Below, piece by piece: positions 7,968 through 17,239 of a stretch of 32,000 bases of DNA. Below the pieces are notes generated by a model. The model worked only from the letters and a program-made list of their open reading frames with translations. It did no database searches and was not told the DNA's origin. The stretch's first letter is position 1. The number at the start of each line of letters is the position of its first letter. Both the position numbers and the translations under genes were made by a program. Where the stretch lies: assembly GCA_026387835.1 (NCBI GenBank), contig JAPLKZ010000011.1, forward strand, positions 108,062 through 140,061. The letters run 5' to 3'. The DNA is from Candidatus Saganbacteria bacterium. GTDB taxonomy: Bacteria > Margulisbacteria > WOR-1 > JAKLHX01.

Positions 7968-8396
7968 ATGTTTGAGAGAATAAATAAAAATATGGCCGCT
8001 GCGATGAAGGCAAAAGATACTGTCCGCCTCGAGACGCTCAGGATGATGAAGTCAAAGATACTGAACGTAAATGCGAGAGGCGACCTTCCCGAAAAAGACA
8101 TCGCCAGGATCCTGCAGAATTACGTAAAAAGCCTTAAAGAATCTGTCGAAATAATGGTGCAGCACGGGAAGACGGAGGATGCGGGGAAAGTAAAAACGGA
8201 AATAGCCATAATCGAGGAATACCTTCCGCGGATGCTTACTGAAGAAGAGACAAAGAATCTCGTAAAAGAGACCATTTCAGTCCTTGGCGCGACAAGCATC
8301 AAAGAGATCGGCCGCGTTATGAAAGAGATAACCGGCAAGCGGTCGGATGTCGACGGCTCGCTGGTCAAAAAACTCGTTTCGGAGATCCTACAATAG
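7968..8396 (+). CDS. yqeY: GatB/YqeY domain protein
   Basis: MFERINKNMAAAMKAKDTVRLETLRMMKSKILNVNAR ... LPRMLTEEETKNLVKE ... GRVMKEITGKRSDVDGSLVKKLVSEIL. Confidence 0.9.
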   Translation: MFERINKNMAAAMKAKDTVRLETLRMMKSKILNVNARGDLPEKDIARILQNYVKSLKESVEIMVQHGKTEDAGKVKTEIAIIEEYLPRMLTEEETKNLVKETISVLGATSIKEIGRVMKEITGKRSDVDGSLVKKLVSEILQ

Positions 8397-8419
8397 AAAA
8401 CAAAACTCTCCTGCCGGAC

Positions 8420-9418
8420 ATGGACCCGAAAGAACTCCGGCAATACATCATTTCGCTTGAGATAGAGCCTTTCAGGGCCGGCCAAATATCGTCATGGATA
8501 TATAAAAAAGGCGTCCTGTCATTTACAATGATGACCGATATCCCCGCTTCACTCAGAGAAAAGCTGGCAAAGACCGCAAAGATCGAAATGCTTTCGTTAA
8601 AAGAGAAGACAAGATCTTCCGACAGAGGGGCAACAAAATACCTGTTTACCACGGATGACGGCCTGGGGATTGAAACGGTCAAGATCAAGGACAGGGACAG
8701 GACAACGGTCTGCGTCTCTTCGCAGGTCGGATGCCCCATGCGTTGCGCGTTCTGCGCGACGGGGAAGAACAAATTCAAAAGGAACCTCTCGGCAGGAGAA
8801 ATAATATACCAGGTGCTGTATTTCACCGGTGAAGAAAAAGAAACCATCACTAATGTCGTGTTCATGGGGATGGGGGAGCCCCTGCTTAATTACAATAACG
8901 TGCTGAAAGCGGTCAGGATAATGAATTCAAAGGATGCGATGAACATGGGGATCAGAAGGATGACAATTTCTACCTGCGGCCTTCCTGAGAAGATAAAGAG
9001 ACTGGCCAGAGAAGGCCTTGACGTCAACCTTTCCGTGTCTCTTAATGCCGCTTCCGAAGCGATAAGATCAAAATTGATGCCGGTCAACAGGGATCATCCT
9101 ATCCGTGAGCTGATAAGTGCGGTCAAATATTACACGCAGATGACGGGGCGAAGGGTGACCTTTGATTATGTGATGATAAAAGAGGAGAACGATTCTATCA
9201 AGGATGCAAAAGATCTTGCCGCATTGCTGGAAGGCATGTTATGTCATGTAAATCTGATCCTCTTCAACAAGGTCAAGGACTCTTCGTTTTTGTGCTCTTC
9301 AAAAGAAAGGATAGAACTATTCCTGCAAATATTGGCGCATCACGGAGTTAATGCTACAATCAGAAATAGCAGAGGCTCTGACATAAGGGCCGCGTGCGGA
9401 CAACTGGCAGGGAAATGA
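8420..9418 (+). CDS. rlmN: 23S rRNA (adenine2503-C2)-methyltransferase, radical SAM
   Basis: CVSSQVGCPMRCAFCATG (CxxxCxxC), VFMGMGEPLLNYNNV, ISTCG, NLSVSLNA, RNSRGSDIRAACGQL. Confidence 0.95.
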   Translation: MDPKELRQYIISLEIEPFRAGQISSWIYKKGVLSFTMMTDIPASLREKLAKTAKIEMLSLKEKTRSSDRGATKYLFTTDDGLGIETVKIKDRDRTTVCVSSQVGCPMRCAFCATGKNKFKRNLSAGEIIYQVLYFTGEEKETITNVVFMGMGEPLLNYNNVLKAVRIMNSKDAMNMGIRRMTISTCGLPEKIKRLAREGLDVNLSVSLNAASEAIRSKLMPVNRDHPIRELISAVKYYTQMTGRRVTFDYVMIKEENDSIKDAKDLAALLEGMLCHVNLILFNKVKDSSFLCSSKERIELFLQILAHHGVNATIRNSRGSDIRAACGQLAGK

Positions 9419-9506
9419 CTAATGACTAATTTTTAATGACTAATTAAGGAATGATATAATAATTCTTCCTTCATTCATTAGACATTAGTCATTAGTAATT
9501 AGTCAT
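9415..9506. repeat. Palindromic element with internal TGACTAAT repeats, copy A
   Basis: ATGACTAATGACTAATTTTTAATGACTAATTAAGGAA...TTCCTTCATTCATTAGACATTAGTCATTAGTAATTAGTCAT. The reverse complement of copy B (12324-12404) matches it closely. Confidence 0.85.
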
Positions 9507-9517
9507 TTTTTTAGCCA

Positions 9518-9590
9518 GCCCGTGTAGCTCAGTTGGTAGAGCACGTCCTTGGTAAGGACGAGGTCATCGGTTCGATCCCGATCGCGGGCT
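9518..9590 (+). tRNA. tRNA-Thr (anticodon GGT)
   Basis: GCCCGTGTAGCTCAGTTGGTAGAGCACGTCCTTGGTAAGGACGAGGTCATCGGTTCGATCCCGATCGCGGGCT. Anticodon stem CGTCC/GGACG, loop TTGGTAA. Confidence 0.95.
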
Positions 9591-9610
9591 TATGGTGAAC
9601 ACTGTCGCTA

Positions 9611-9639
9611 TTGACGGAAAAATCACAGTATATTATAAT
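9611..9639 (+). promoter_or_regulatory. Promoter of tuf
   Basis: TTGACG (9611-9616), 17-nt spacer, TATAAT (9634-9639). Confidence 0.7.
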
Positions 9640-9677
9640 GAGATTTATCATAAAGAAAGATTGAGGAGGATATAATT

Positions 9678-10871
9678 ATGGCAAGAGAAAAGTTCGAGAG
9701 AAAAAAGCCGCACGTAAATGTCGGGACGATAGGACACGTCGACCACGGGAAGACGACGCTGACTTCAGCGATCACAAAGGTGCTGGCCGCCAAAGGCATG
9801 GCGAAAGCAAAAGCCTTTGACGAGATCGACAGTGCTCCCGAGGAAAAAGCAAGAGGTATCACGATCGCCATCGCTCACGTCGAATATGAGACCGAAAAAA
9901 GACACTATGCGCATATCGATTGCCCGGGCCACGCCGACTATGTAAAGAACATGGTGATCGGCGCTGCGCAGATGGATGGCGCGATACTGGTAGTCAGCGC
10001 GGCTGACGGGCCTATGCCTCAGACAAGAGAGCATATCCTTCTTGCAAGACAGGTGAATGTGCCGAAGATCGTCGTTTTTCTGAACAAGGTTGATATGGTA
10101 GATGATCCTGAATTGATCGACCTTGTCGAAGCGGAGCTCAGGGACCTTTTGAAAAAATATGAGTTCCCAGGAGACGAAATGCCCATCATAAGAGGTTCCG
10201 CTCTCAAAGCGATGGAAAGCGGAGACCCCAACTCCCCTGACACAAAATGCATATTCGAACTGATGGACGCCCTTGACAACTACATCCCTGAGCCGAAAAG
10301 GGAACTGGACAAACCGTTCCTGATGCCTATCGAGGATGTGTTCAGCATCACGGGAAGGGGTACAGTGGGGACCGGAAGGATCACAAGAGGTAAAGTAAAA
10401 GTCGGGGAGGAAGTAGATATCATCGGTTTCGGCAGCCATAAAAAATGTGTCGTGACCGGCGTAGAAATGTTCAGGAAGACGCTTGATGAAGGGATCGCGG
10501 GCGACAACGTCGGACTTCTCTTGAGAGGTGTTGAAAAAGAAGATATTCAGAGAGGCCAGGTGCTTGCAAAACCCGGATCGATCAAGCCGCATACAAAATT
10601 TGAAGCTCAAGTACTTGTTTTGACAAAGGAAGAAGGCGGCCGCCACACTCCGTTCTTCCCGGGATACAGGCCCCAGTTCTATATCGGTACGACTGACGTT
10701 ACCGGAGCGATCAAACTGCCTGATAAGGTAGAGATGGTCATGCCCGGAGATAATATTACGATGACGGTGGAGCTCATCCAAGAGGTCGCTATAGAAGAAC
10801 AGTTCAGGTTCGCTATCCGCGAAGGCGGGCACACTGTAGGTGCGGGAGTCGTTTCAAAGATCATTGAATAA
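9678..10871 (+). CDS. tuf: Elongation factor Tu
   Basis: [49 protein letters not shown]; ends [15 protein letters not shown]; GGAGG ribosome binding site upstream. Confidence 0.98.
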   Translation: MAREKFERKKPHVNVGTIGHVDHGKTTLTSAITKVLAAKGMAKAKAFDEIDSAPEEKARGITIAIAHVEYETEKRHYAHIDCPGHADYVKNMVIGAAQMDGAILVVSAADGPMPQTREHILLARQVNVPKIVVFLNKVDMVDDPELIDLVEAELRDLLKKYEFPGDEMPIIRGSALKAMESGDPNSPDTKCIFELMDALDNYIPEPKRELDKPFLMPIEDVFSITGRGTVGTGRITRGKVKVGEEVDIIGFGSHKKCVVTGVEMFRKTLDEGIAGDNVGLLLRGVEKEDIQRGQVLAKPGSIKPHTKFEAQVLVLTKEEGGRHTPFFPGYRPQFYIGTTDVTGAIKLPDKVEMVMPGDNITMTVELIQEVAIEEQFRFAIREGGHTVGAGVVSKIIE

Positions 10872-10895
10872 GACCGTTTTTAATCTCATGAAGAT

Positions 10896-10927
10896 CAAAA
10901 AGCCCCAACCAGTTTGGGGCTTTTTAT
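10896..10927 (+). terminator. Rho-independent terminator after tuf
   Basis: AAAAAGCCCCAACCAGTTTGGGGCTTTTTAT. Confidence 0.88.
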
Positions 10928-10940
10928 TAGGACCGGACCC

Positions 10941-12308
10941 ATGAAAAGATCATCGATCGTTATTATTATCATAGTCGCGGTACTCGCGGCCGTGCTGGGC
11001 GCATATATAGGAGACCGCTATTATTACAGTGAAAAGATCCTGCCAGGCTATCATATAGGCAGGATCGATATCGGAGGCAAGACCAGGGAGCAAGCAGTCG
11101 ACATGCTCAAAAACATCCCCGCAGACGATGTTGCAGGCGCCAATTTATTTTTGATCTATGACGACGGAAAAAAGATCACAAGGTTCGAGTTCAAGCCGTC
11201 TCAGGCAGGGATAGCGTTGCTTGCGGATGAAAGCGTTGGCGATGCCGTTTATCTGTCGCATAAATTCGGCTACCTGCAGCAGCTTTATATAAGGCTGAGT
11301 AAAAAGCAAAAGACCGTCCGGCCAAGGTTCAGGATAGCGGACGAGGCGACCGCGGATTCGTTGATAGGGCAGATCGCTGCCTATATAGACCATGATCCCG
11401 AGGATGCGAGGTTTGCCGTAACGTTGACGACTTTTGAAGGGGACAGTAAATACAAGATATTCCTCAACGAAGGCAGGATAGGGAAAACGGTATTGATCGG
11501 TGAGACAAAAGACCTTTTAAGGAAAACGCTTGAAGAAGGAAATACTGCTTCAATGCTTGTGGTGGCGATACACCCGCCAAAGGTCTCAGCGCAGATGTTA
11601 AAAAATATTCCGGACCCGCACGTGATAGGAAGGTACACTACTTACTACGGCACGCACGATTCACCCAACAGGATACACAACATCTATCTTGTGGCTTCGT
11701 TCGTTGATAACACGTTTTTATCGTCCGGAGAAATATTTTCGCTGTTAAAGCCTATTGGAGAATTCACGGGGGAGCGGGGTTTCAGGGAAGCTTATGTGAT
11801 AATGGGTGACGAACTTGTCCCGCAGTACGGCGGAGGTACCTGCCAGATAGCCACAACGCTTTACAATTCTGTCATGATGGCGGATCTTGATGTAAAGAAC
11901 AGGGTCAATCACGGCATGTATTTTTCTATATATCCGCTTGGAAGGGACGCGACAGTCTATCCTCCTTATACGGATTTTAAGTTCCGCAACAACACCGGAT
12001 ATCCGATAGTGATCCAGGCCCTGCCGTTTAAAAAAGGCCTTACTTTCAGGATCATAGGACACCCCACCGGAAAGAGCGTGAGTTTTTCGTACCCGGCGTT
12101 GAAGTACAGGTACACGACCGTCTCTACGACAGAAGGGGGATCAGGCGCGCGTGTCGAAAAAAAGATAAGGACATCGGCTTTTTCCGCAGAAGTAGTAAGG
12201 ACGGTCAAAAAGGACGGGAAGATAATAAAACAGGAAACAATATATAGTTTTTACAAGCTCCACGGAGACAGGCAGAAGGTCAAGATAAGAAGAAGAGAGT
12301 CAAGATAA
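10941..12308 (+). CDS. VanW family protein
   Basis: GGGTCQIATTLYNSVMMADLDVKNRVNHGMYFSIYPLGRDATVYPPYTDFKFRNNTGYPIVIQA; N-terminal transmembrane segment. Start moved from TTG 10914, which lies inside the tuf terminator, to ATG 10941. Confidence 0.9.
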   Translation: MKRSSIVIIIIVAVLAAVLGAYIGDRYYYSEKILPGYHIGRIDIGGKTREQAVDMLKNIPADDVAGANLFLIYDDGKKITRFEFKPSQAGIALLADESVGDAVYLSHKFGYLQQLYIRLSKKQKTVRPRFRIADEATADSLIGQIAAYIDHDPEDARFAVTLTTFEGDSKYKIFLNEGRIGKTVLIGETKDLLRKTLEEGNTASMLVVAIHPPKVSAQMLKNIPDPHVIGRYTTYYGTHDSPNRIHNIYLVASFVDNTFLSSGEIFSLLKPIGEFTGERGFREAYVIMGDELVPQYGGGTCQIATTLYNSVMMADLDVKNRVNHGMYFSIYPLGRDATVYPPYTDFKFRNNTGYPIVIQALPFKKGLTFRIIGHPTGKSVSFSYPALKYRYTTVSTTEGGSGARVEKKIRTSAFSAEVVRTVKKDGKIIKQETIYSFYKLHGDRQKVKIRRRESR

Positions 12309-12323
12309 CCGCCTATAAAAGAA

Positions 12324-12404
12324 ATGACTAATGACTAATGTCTAATGAAGGAAAGATTATTGTGTTTTTCCTTAATTAGTCATTAAGAATTAGTCATTAG
12401 TCAT
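12324..12404. repeat. Palindromic element with internal TGACTAAT repeats, copy B (inverted relative to copy A)
   Basis: ATGACTAATGACTAATGTCTAATGAAGGAAAGATTATTGTGTTTTTCCTTAATTAGTCATTAAGAATTAGTCATTAGTCAT. Confidence 0.85.
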
Positions 12405-12431
12405 TTCCCCTGCCTATGATATAATTTATCT

Positions 12432-13520
12432 ATGACAGATGACCTTCCGAGAGCTGCCATCGAAAAACTCCCTGTTTATATGCCGGGAAAGCAGGTGGAA
12501 GATGTAGTGAAGGAATTCGGCATCAAGGAAGTCGTCAAGCTTGCCTCCAACGAAAACCCCTTCGGCCCCTCACCAAAAGCGGTCGAGTCGATAATAAAGA
12601 ATTTAAATTCCATCTCGGTATATCCTGACCAGCATCACAGCCTGCTTCGCGAGAACCTTGCAAAGAAATGGGAACTTTCAAAGGATAATTTCATCGTCGG
12701 CAACGGTTCCGATGAGATAATGCTCCTTCTCGCCCAGGTATTTTTAAGCGCGGGGGATGAGGTCGTTGTCTCAAGGAATACTTTCAGCGTATACGAATTT
12801 GTTTCAGAGATAATGGATGCCGAACTGGTCTTTGTCGATCTGTTAAACAATGCTTATGACCTTGAAGCGGTAAAAAGGGCCGTGACGGAAAAAACAAAAC
12901 TGATATTTCTATGCAATCCAAACAACCCCACAGGCACATATTTCAACAAAAAACAGCTGGCGGACCTTGTGAAAGGCCTGCCGAAGAACGTTATCACGGT
13001 GATCGATGAAGCGTATGCTGATTTTGCCGACAGCGATGATTTTCCGGCAGGCACGGACCTGATAAAAGAAGGCAAAAATATTGTGGTGCTGCGGACTTTT
13101 TCAAAGGTCTACGGGCTCGCGGGCCTGCGCGTCGGATACGGGATAGCAAGACCGCAGATAATAAAATATCTTTTTATGGCCAAGCTCCCTTTCAACGTGA
13201 ACAGGCTCGCGCTTATAGCGGCAGGCGCGGCCCTTGAAGACGGAGAATTTATCGAGCAGACGCTTGCGAACAACCGGGAAGGCAAAGCGTTCATAAGCGG
13301 GGAATTGAAAAAAATGGGGCTGAAACATCTTAAATCCCAGGCGAATTTCATTTTCATAGACCTCGGCAGGGATTCCGGTCCCGTATTCATGGACATGATG
13401 AGGCACGGAGTGATAATCAGGCCTCTTGCGTCTTTCGGTTTTCCCAAAGCCATACGGGTTAGCATCGGAACGATGCGCCAGAACGAGAGATTTATCGAAG
13501 CTTTGAAGAAAGTCATCTGA
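12432..13520 (+). CDS. hisC: Histidinol-phosphate aminotransferase
   Basis: VVKLASNENPFGPSPKAVESI, FLCNPNNPTGTYF, VIDEAYADF, RTFSKVYGLAGLRVGYG, SIGTMRQNERFI. Confidence 0.92.
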   Translation: MTDDLPRAAIEKLPVYMPGKQVEDVVKEFGIKEVVKLASNENPFGPSPKAVESIIKNLNSISVYPDQHHSLLRENLAKKWELSKDNFIVGNGSDEIMLLLAQVFLSAGDEVVVSRNTFSVYEFVSEIMDAELVFVDLLNNAYDLEAVKRAVTEKTKLIFLCNPNNPTGTYFNKKQLADLVKGLPKNVITVIDEAYADFADSDDFPAGTDLIKEGKNIVVLRTFSKVYGLAGLRVGYGIARPQIIKYLFMAKLPFNVNRLALIAAGAALEDGEFIEQTLANNREGKAFISGELKKMGLKHLKSQANFIFIDLGRDSGPVFMDMMRHGVIIRPLASFGFPKAIRVSIGTMRQNERFIEALKKVI

Positions 13521-13522
13521 CA

Positions 13523-14575
13523 ATGCCGGAAAAGACCCCGCTTTACGAGACCCATATTTCAGGCGGCGCAAGGATCGTTGAGTTTGCCGGCTGGCTGCTT
13601 CCAGTCCAGTACGGCGGGATAATCGAAGAACATAAGGCCGTCAGGAACACTTGCGGGATGTTCGATATCGGACATATGGGGCAGATCGAGGTCCCTGATC
13701 TTGACGCTGTTCAAAAACTGACCACGAATGATGCCTCAAAACTTGAAAAAGGTTCCGGCCAATATTCGTTCGTCTGCAATGAGAGCGGCGGGATAATCGA
13801 CGACCTTCTTGTCTACAGACTTGAAAACAGCTTCCTGGTGATCTCCAACGGCATAAATGCCCGAGCAGTCTTTGAACTGTTCAAGACAGTTTCACCTTCG
13901 ACAAAATTACTTTACGACAAAAACACAATGCTTGCCGTGCAGGGGCCGGATGCGATCTGTAAACTTCAAAAAGATTGCGATATCGATCTTTTATCGTTAA
14001 AGCACAGGCAGATCGCCGGATGTAGGATCTTCGGCATCAAATGCACCGTCTCAAGATCAGGTTATACCGGAGAGGACGGGGCGGAGATAATATTAGACAA
14101 TAATGATGCAAAAAAATTATGGAAATCACTATTAGATGAAAATATGATGCCGTGCGGTCTCGGATCGCGAGACACATTAAGGATAGAAGCCAGCCTTCCC
14201 CTTTACGGGCATGAACTTAGCCAAGAGATCACCCCGGTGGATGCGGGATATTTTAAAACGGTCAAATACGATAAAGGGAATTTTACCGGCAAAAGCGCCC
14301 TTCAGAGTAAAAAAGAAAAAGGTCCGGATATGAAATTAATAGGTTTCGAAGTATCGGAAAGAGCAATACCAAGGCAGGGCTATAAGATATTTGAAGGTGA
14401 GAATGAGATAGGATGCGTGACGAGCGGGACTTTTTCTCCGACACTGGGAAGGCCGATCGGAATGGGATATTTAAAGCAAATCCAAAAGGGGGGACAATAT
14501 TATATTGAAATTAGGGGAAGGAAATATCCCGCAAAAGAGGTCGGGATGCCTTTTTATAGAAGGAAAAAGGCGTGA
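13523..14575 (+). CDS. gcvT: Glycine cleavage system T protein (aminomethyltransferase)
   Basis: TPLYETHISGGARIVEFAGWLLPVQYGGIIEEHKAVRNTCGMFDIGHMGQIEV ... SRSGYTGEDGAEI ... CGLGSRDTLRIEASLPLYGHEL. Confidence 0.96.
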   Translation: MPEKTPLYETHISGGARIVEFAGWLLPVQYGGIIEEHKAVRNTCGMFDIGHMGQIEVPDLDAVQKLTTNDASKLEKGSGQYSFVCNESGGIIDDLLVYRLENSFLVISNGINARAVFELFKTVSPSTKLLYDKNTMLAVQGPDAICKLQKDCDIDLLSLKHRQIAGCRIFGIKCTVSRSGYTGEDGAEIILDNNDAKKLWKSLLDENMMPCGLGSRDTLRIEASLPLYGHELSQEITPVDAGYFKTVKYDKGNFTGKSALQSKKEKGPDMKLIGFEVSERAIPRQGYKIFEGENEIGCVTSGTFSPTLGRPIGMGYLKQIQKGGQYYIEIRGRKYPAKEVGMPFYRRKKA

Positions 14576-14601
14576 TAGAATAGAAAGGGAGTAAAACAAA
14601 A

Positions 14602-14970
14602 ATGTATCCGGAAAATTTAAAATATACAAAAGACCATGAATGGATCGATCTGGACGGAAAGACCGGGGTCACGGACCACGCGCAGAAAGAACTTGGGGAT
14701 GTGGTCTTTGTCGAGCTTCCTAAAGCAGGAAGCGATTTAAAGCAGGGCCAGGAACTTTGCGTCCTCGAGTCGGTGAAAGCCGTCTCGAACGTGTACTCCC
14801 CGGTATCGGGTAAAGTCATAAAGATAAACGGGGAACTTTCAAACAGCCCCGAATTGATCAACCGATCGCCTTATGAAGAGGGCTGGATCGCGGCGATAGA
14901 AATAAAAGATAAAAAAGAGCTTGACAGCCTGATGAGCGCTTCGGAGTATAAAAAACTTATCGGGGAATAA
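14602..14970 (+). CDS. gcvH: Glycine cleavage system H protein
   Basis: YTKDHEWIDLDGKTGVTDHAQKELGDVVFVELPKAGSDLKQGQELCVLESVKAVSNVYSPVSG, with the lipoylation lysine context ESVKA. Confidence 0.97.
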   Translation: MYPENLKYTKDHEWIDLDGKTGVTDHAQKELGDVVFVELPKAGSDLKQGQELCVLESVKAVSNVYSPVSGKVIKINGELSNSPELINRSPYEEGWIAAIEIKDKKELDSLMSASEYKKLIGE

Positions 14971-14975
14971 AACCC

Positions 14976-16313
14976 ATGAATTACATCCCAAACACCGACG
15001 AAGACCGGAAAAAAATGTTTTCTTCGATAGGTATATCGTCAATCGAAGAACTTTTCGATGATATCCCGCTTTCCGCAAGAGAAAAACAGACCGTTGTGCT
15101 TCCTAAGCCGATGCCTGAGATCGAACTTAGAGGCCACATGCGGGAACAGAGCGAAAAGAATTCAAATGTCAGGGGAAAAATATCGTTTTTAGGGGCCGGA
15201 GCTTACGATCACTATATCCCGTCAGTTGTCAAAGCGATAGTTTCACGCTCCGAGTTCTATACGGCGTATACTCCGTATCAGCCCGAGATAAGCCAGGGCC
15301 TGCTCCAGGCGATCTATGAATACCAGTCGATGATCTGCGGCCTTACGGGAATGGGCGCGGCCAATGCTTCGCTCTACGACGGTGCAACGGCGATAGCCGA
15401 AGCGGCGTTCTTAGCGGTAAATCATACAAAAAGAAAAGAAATAATCATCTCAAAGACGGTAAACCCGCTTTACCGCCGGGTCCTTGAAACATACTGTGAC
15501 GGTGCGGATCTCAAAGTGAACGTGATCGACTTTGAAAACGGAACGACCAATATCGAAAAATTGAAAAACGCTGTCAATGACAGGACAGCCTGTGTCATCG
15601 TCCAGCACCCTAATTTTTTCGGATGCCTGGAAGATGTCTTTGAGACAGAGAAGATTACACACAAGAGCGGAGCTTTGCTGGCGGTCAGTGTTGATCCGAT
15701 ATCTCTGGGGGTACTGAAACCGCCGTCGGAGTACGGAGCTGATATAGTCACCGGCGAAGGCCAGTGTATGGGAAGCCCTTTAAATTTCGGAGGGCCTTAT
15801 CTCGGTGTTTTCGCGGTAAAAAAAGAACTGATAAGACTTCTGCCCGGCAGGATCGTCGGTATGACAGAGGATCATGACGGCAAAAGAGGGTTTGTTTTGA
15901 CGCTTCAGACGAGAGAACAGCACATAAGAAGGGAAAAGGCGACCTCGAACATTTGCAGCAACGAAGCCCTGGCCGCGCTCGCGGCAGCCGTATATTTAGC
16001 GGCGATGGGCAAAAAAGGAATAAAACTTGCCGGCCGGATATGCTTTGAAAGGGCCGGCCTGGCAAAAAAAAGGATAGCTTCACTCCCCGGATTCTCGCTC
16101 TGTCATAGCGGGCATACATTCAAGGAGTTCTGCGTGAAATATCCAAGATCCGCCGCGGAGGTCAACTATTTACTGGCGGGCAGAAGCATCACCGGCGGGC
16201 TTGATCTCGGAAAGTATTATCCGGAGATGAAAAACTCAAGCCTATTATGTTGTACAGAGAAAACATCCGAAAAGGACATTGAAAAACTTGTCCTGGCGCT
16301 GAAAGATGTATGA
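14976..16313 (+). CDS. gcvPA: Glycine dehydrogenase (decarboxylating) subunit 1
   Basis: MNYIPNTDEDRKKMFSSIGISSIEELFDDIP ... GAGAYDHYIPSVVKAIVSRSEFYTAYTPYQPEISQG ... GIVGMTEDHDGKRGFVLTLQTREQHIRREKATSNIC. Confidence 0.95.
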   Translation: MNYIPNTDEDRKKMFSSIGISSIEELFDDIPLSAREKQTVVLPKPMPEIELRGHMREQSEKNSNVRGKISFLGAGAYDHYIPSVVKAIVSRSEFYTAYTPYQPEISQGLLQAIYEYQSMICGLTGMGAANASLYDGATAIAEAAFLAVNHTKRKEIIISKTVNPLYRRVLETYCDGADLKVNVIDFENGTTNIEKLKNAVNDRTACVIVQHPNFFGCLEDVFETEKITHKSGALLAVSVDPISLGVLKPPSEYGADIVTGEGQCMGSPLNFGGPYLGVFAVKKELIRLLPGRIVGMTEDHDGKRGFVLTLQTREQHIRREKATSNICSNEALAALAAAVYLAAMGKKGIKLAGRICFERAGLAKKRIASLPGFSLCHSGHTFKEFCVKYPRSAAEVNYLLAGRSITGGLDLGKYYPEMKNSSLLCCTEKTSEKDIEKLVLALKDV

Positions 16314-17028
16314 AGAGCGTACATACAGGGGGCTGGTAAAAAGCAAGGACCTTGTCTTGTTCGAGGTGGTCCAGGAAGAAACCGATCTTCTGATAAGCGC
16401 CGAAAAAGACATCCGGTTCAGGGCCGAAGACATCGTAAAGAAGATCAGGATAGAACTGACAAAATATATTATCAAGAACCCGGCATTTGAGACCTCTTTC
16501 GTGCCGGTAAAAGCTTCGCTAAACGCTCCTCAACTGGTCCGTTCGATGATCGACGCGTCGAAACGGTTCAACGTGGGGCCCATGGCTTCGGTCGCGGGGG
16601 CAGTTGCCGAAGCGGCCGGAAAAAAACTGCTCAGATATTCAAAACAAGTGATCGTCGAGAACGGCGGGGACATATTTATAAAAAGCTCGGAGCCGAGGAC
16701 GATGCTGATATACGCCGGTAAGTCGAAGTTCTCCAATAAGATCGCTCTTGAAATAGATCCGAAAGACACTCCCCTGGGTGTCTGCACTTCGTCAGGCACG
16801 GTCGGGCATTCTTTCAGTTTCGGTTCGGCCGACGCGGTAGTTGTAATCGCAAGATCAGCCGCGACCGCGGACGCAGCAGCGACAGCCATCGGAAACCTTG
16901 TCAAAAAACAGGATGATATCGAAGAAGCCCTGAAATTCGCCAAAAAATTCGGGAAATTGAAAGGCGTATTGATAATCAAAGATGACAGGATGGGGATGTG
17001 GGGCAAGATAAAGATCAGAAGGGTTTAA
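16306..17028 (+). CDS. UPF0280 family protein (ApbE/FMN-transferase-like fold)
   Basis: 240 aa; GPMASVAGAVAEAAGKKLL, VVIVENGGDIFI-like stretch, GVCTSSGTVGHSFSFGSADAVVVIARSAATADAAATAIGN. Overlaps the gcvPA 3' end by 8 nt. Confidence 0.82.
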   Translation: MYEERTYRGLVKSKDLVLFEVVQEETDLLISAEKDIRFRAEDIVKKIRIELTKYIIKNPAFETSFVPVKASLNAPQLVRSMIDASKRFNVGPMASVAGAVAEAAGKKLLRYSKQVIVENGGDIFIKSSEPRTMLIYAGKSKFSNKIALEIDPKDTPLGVCTSSGTVGHSFSFGSADAVVVIARSAATADAAATAIGNLVKKQDDIEEALKFAKKFGKLKGVLIIKDDRMGMWGKIKIRRV

Positions 17029-17048
17029 GCGAGCCGTCCGACCTCAGC

Positions 17049-17076
17049 TTGACAACAAATACCCAAGTGATAAAAT
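17049..17076 (+). promoter_or_regulatory. Promoter for the beta-barrel protein gene
   Basis: TTGACA (17049-17054), 16-nt spacer ending in TGA, TAAAAT (17071-17076). Confidence 0.65.
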
Positions 17077-17239
17077 GTATATATAGTTTGGTGGTTATAA
17101 AAGGAGGTGAAAAAACTCTCCGGTTGCCATCAGATGTGCGTTCTGCCATTTTTTAGTAAAGTTCAAGAGGGAACTAGGATACTCTTAAATATTTGGATCA
17201 TGGCGGGGCCAAAAAATTTAAAAACCGGAAAGCAAACCA

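Noticed and set aside
9456-9461. TATAAT inside the loop of palindromic element A as a mobile promoter for tRNA-Thr
   Set aside because: No convincing -35 at 16-18 nt, and copy B lacks the hexamer in its loop, so not claimed as a promoter.
10914-10940. TTG start of the VanW-like ORF
   Set aside because: It lies inside the tuf terminator hairpin; ATG 10941 directly precedes a typical membrane segment.
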